Assembly: GCA_964188305.1 (NCBI GenBank)
Contig: OZ076887.1
Origin: Podarcis bocagei
Taxonomy: Eukaryota
Length of the DNA stretch: 64,000 nucleotides
Strand: one strand, 5' to 3'
Shown: piece by piece, positions 63,585 through 64,000 of the stretch
Position numbering within the stretch: the stretch's first letter is position 1
How the letters are laid out: the number at the start of each line of letters is the position of its first letter
Position numbers and translations under genes: made by a program
Notes under the pieces: model-generated
Database searches by the model: none
Seen by the model: the letters and a program-made list of their open reading frames with translations, nothing else
Told to the model about the DNA's origin: nothing

Positions 63585-63910
63585 AGCCTAGGGCTTGCCG
63601 ATCAGAAGGTCAGCAGTTTGAATCCCTGCGATGGGGTGAGCTCCCATTGCTCGGTCTCTGCTCCTGCCAACCTAGCAGTTTGAAAGCACGTCAAAGTGCA
63701 AGTAGATAAATAGGTACCACTCCGGCGGGAAGGTAAACGGCGTTTCCATGCACTGCTCTGGTTCTCCAGAAGTGGCTTAGTCATGCTGGCCACATGACCC
63801 AGAAGCTGTATGCTGGATCCCTCGGTGTAGTAAAGCGAGATGAGCGCCGCAACCCCAGAGTCAGTCATGACTGGACCTAATGGTCAGGGGTCCCTTTACC
63901 TTTACCTTTT
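63585..63910 (+). mobile_element. Sauria SINE, slightly 5'-truncated
   Basis: agcctagggcttgccgatcagaagg...ggggtccctttacctttacc, near-identical to the 8194 copy. Confidence 0.93.
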
Positions 63911-64000
63911 TAAGTATCTTTCCTGCTTTTCCTCCCAAAGGAGCTCAGGGAAGTAAATAACCAAAATAAAAAAATAAACAAAACAACAAAAAATAAGAAT

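Overview
Vertebrate nuclear DNA, almost certainly a squamate and probably a lacertid lizard, judged from six Sauria/Squam1-type SINEs, Squam3-like SINEs and lizard-type MITEs. I could not recognise any host protein-coding exon, rRNA, true tRNA or CRISPR, so the window looks like a large intron or gene desert. It holds a dense transposon record: a young 5'-truncated L1 with an uninterrupted RT/C-terminal ORF2 and a perfect 19-bp TSD (9489-12270), L2, RTE-X-like, CR1 and RTE/BovB-derived pieces, Penelope-like ends with hammerhead-ribozyme motifs, six solo LTRs, Tc1/mariner MITEs with TA TSDs and hAT MITEs with 8-bp TSDs. TE-free, homeobox-motif-rich blocks between them may be conserved enhancers. 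The best lead is a solo LTR (22700-23307) whose U3 holds a near-intact ATG-initiated ~129-codon acidic/Pro-rich ORF with an HMGN-like RRSARL motif near its C-terminus. Other leads are a highly foldable ~250-nt insert inside a SINE, a Bov-A-like SINE plus LTR inside one shared TSD, and a transposon excision footprint. Family names come from motif recognition, not database searches. Nearly all short ORFs in the supplied track are spurious.
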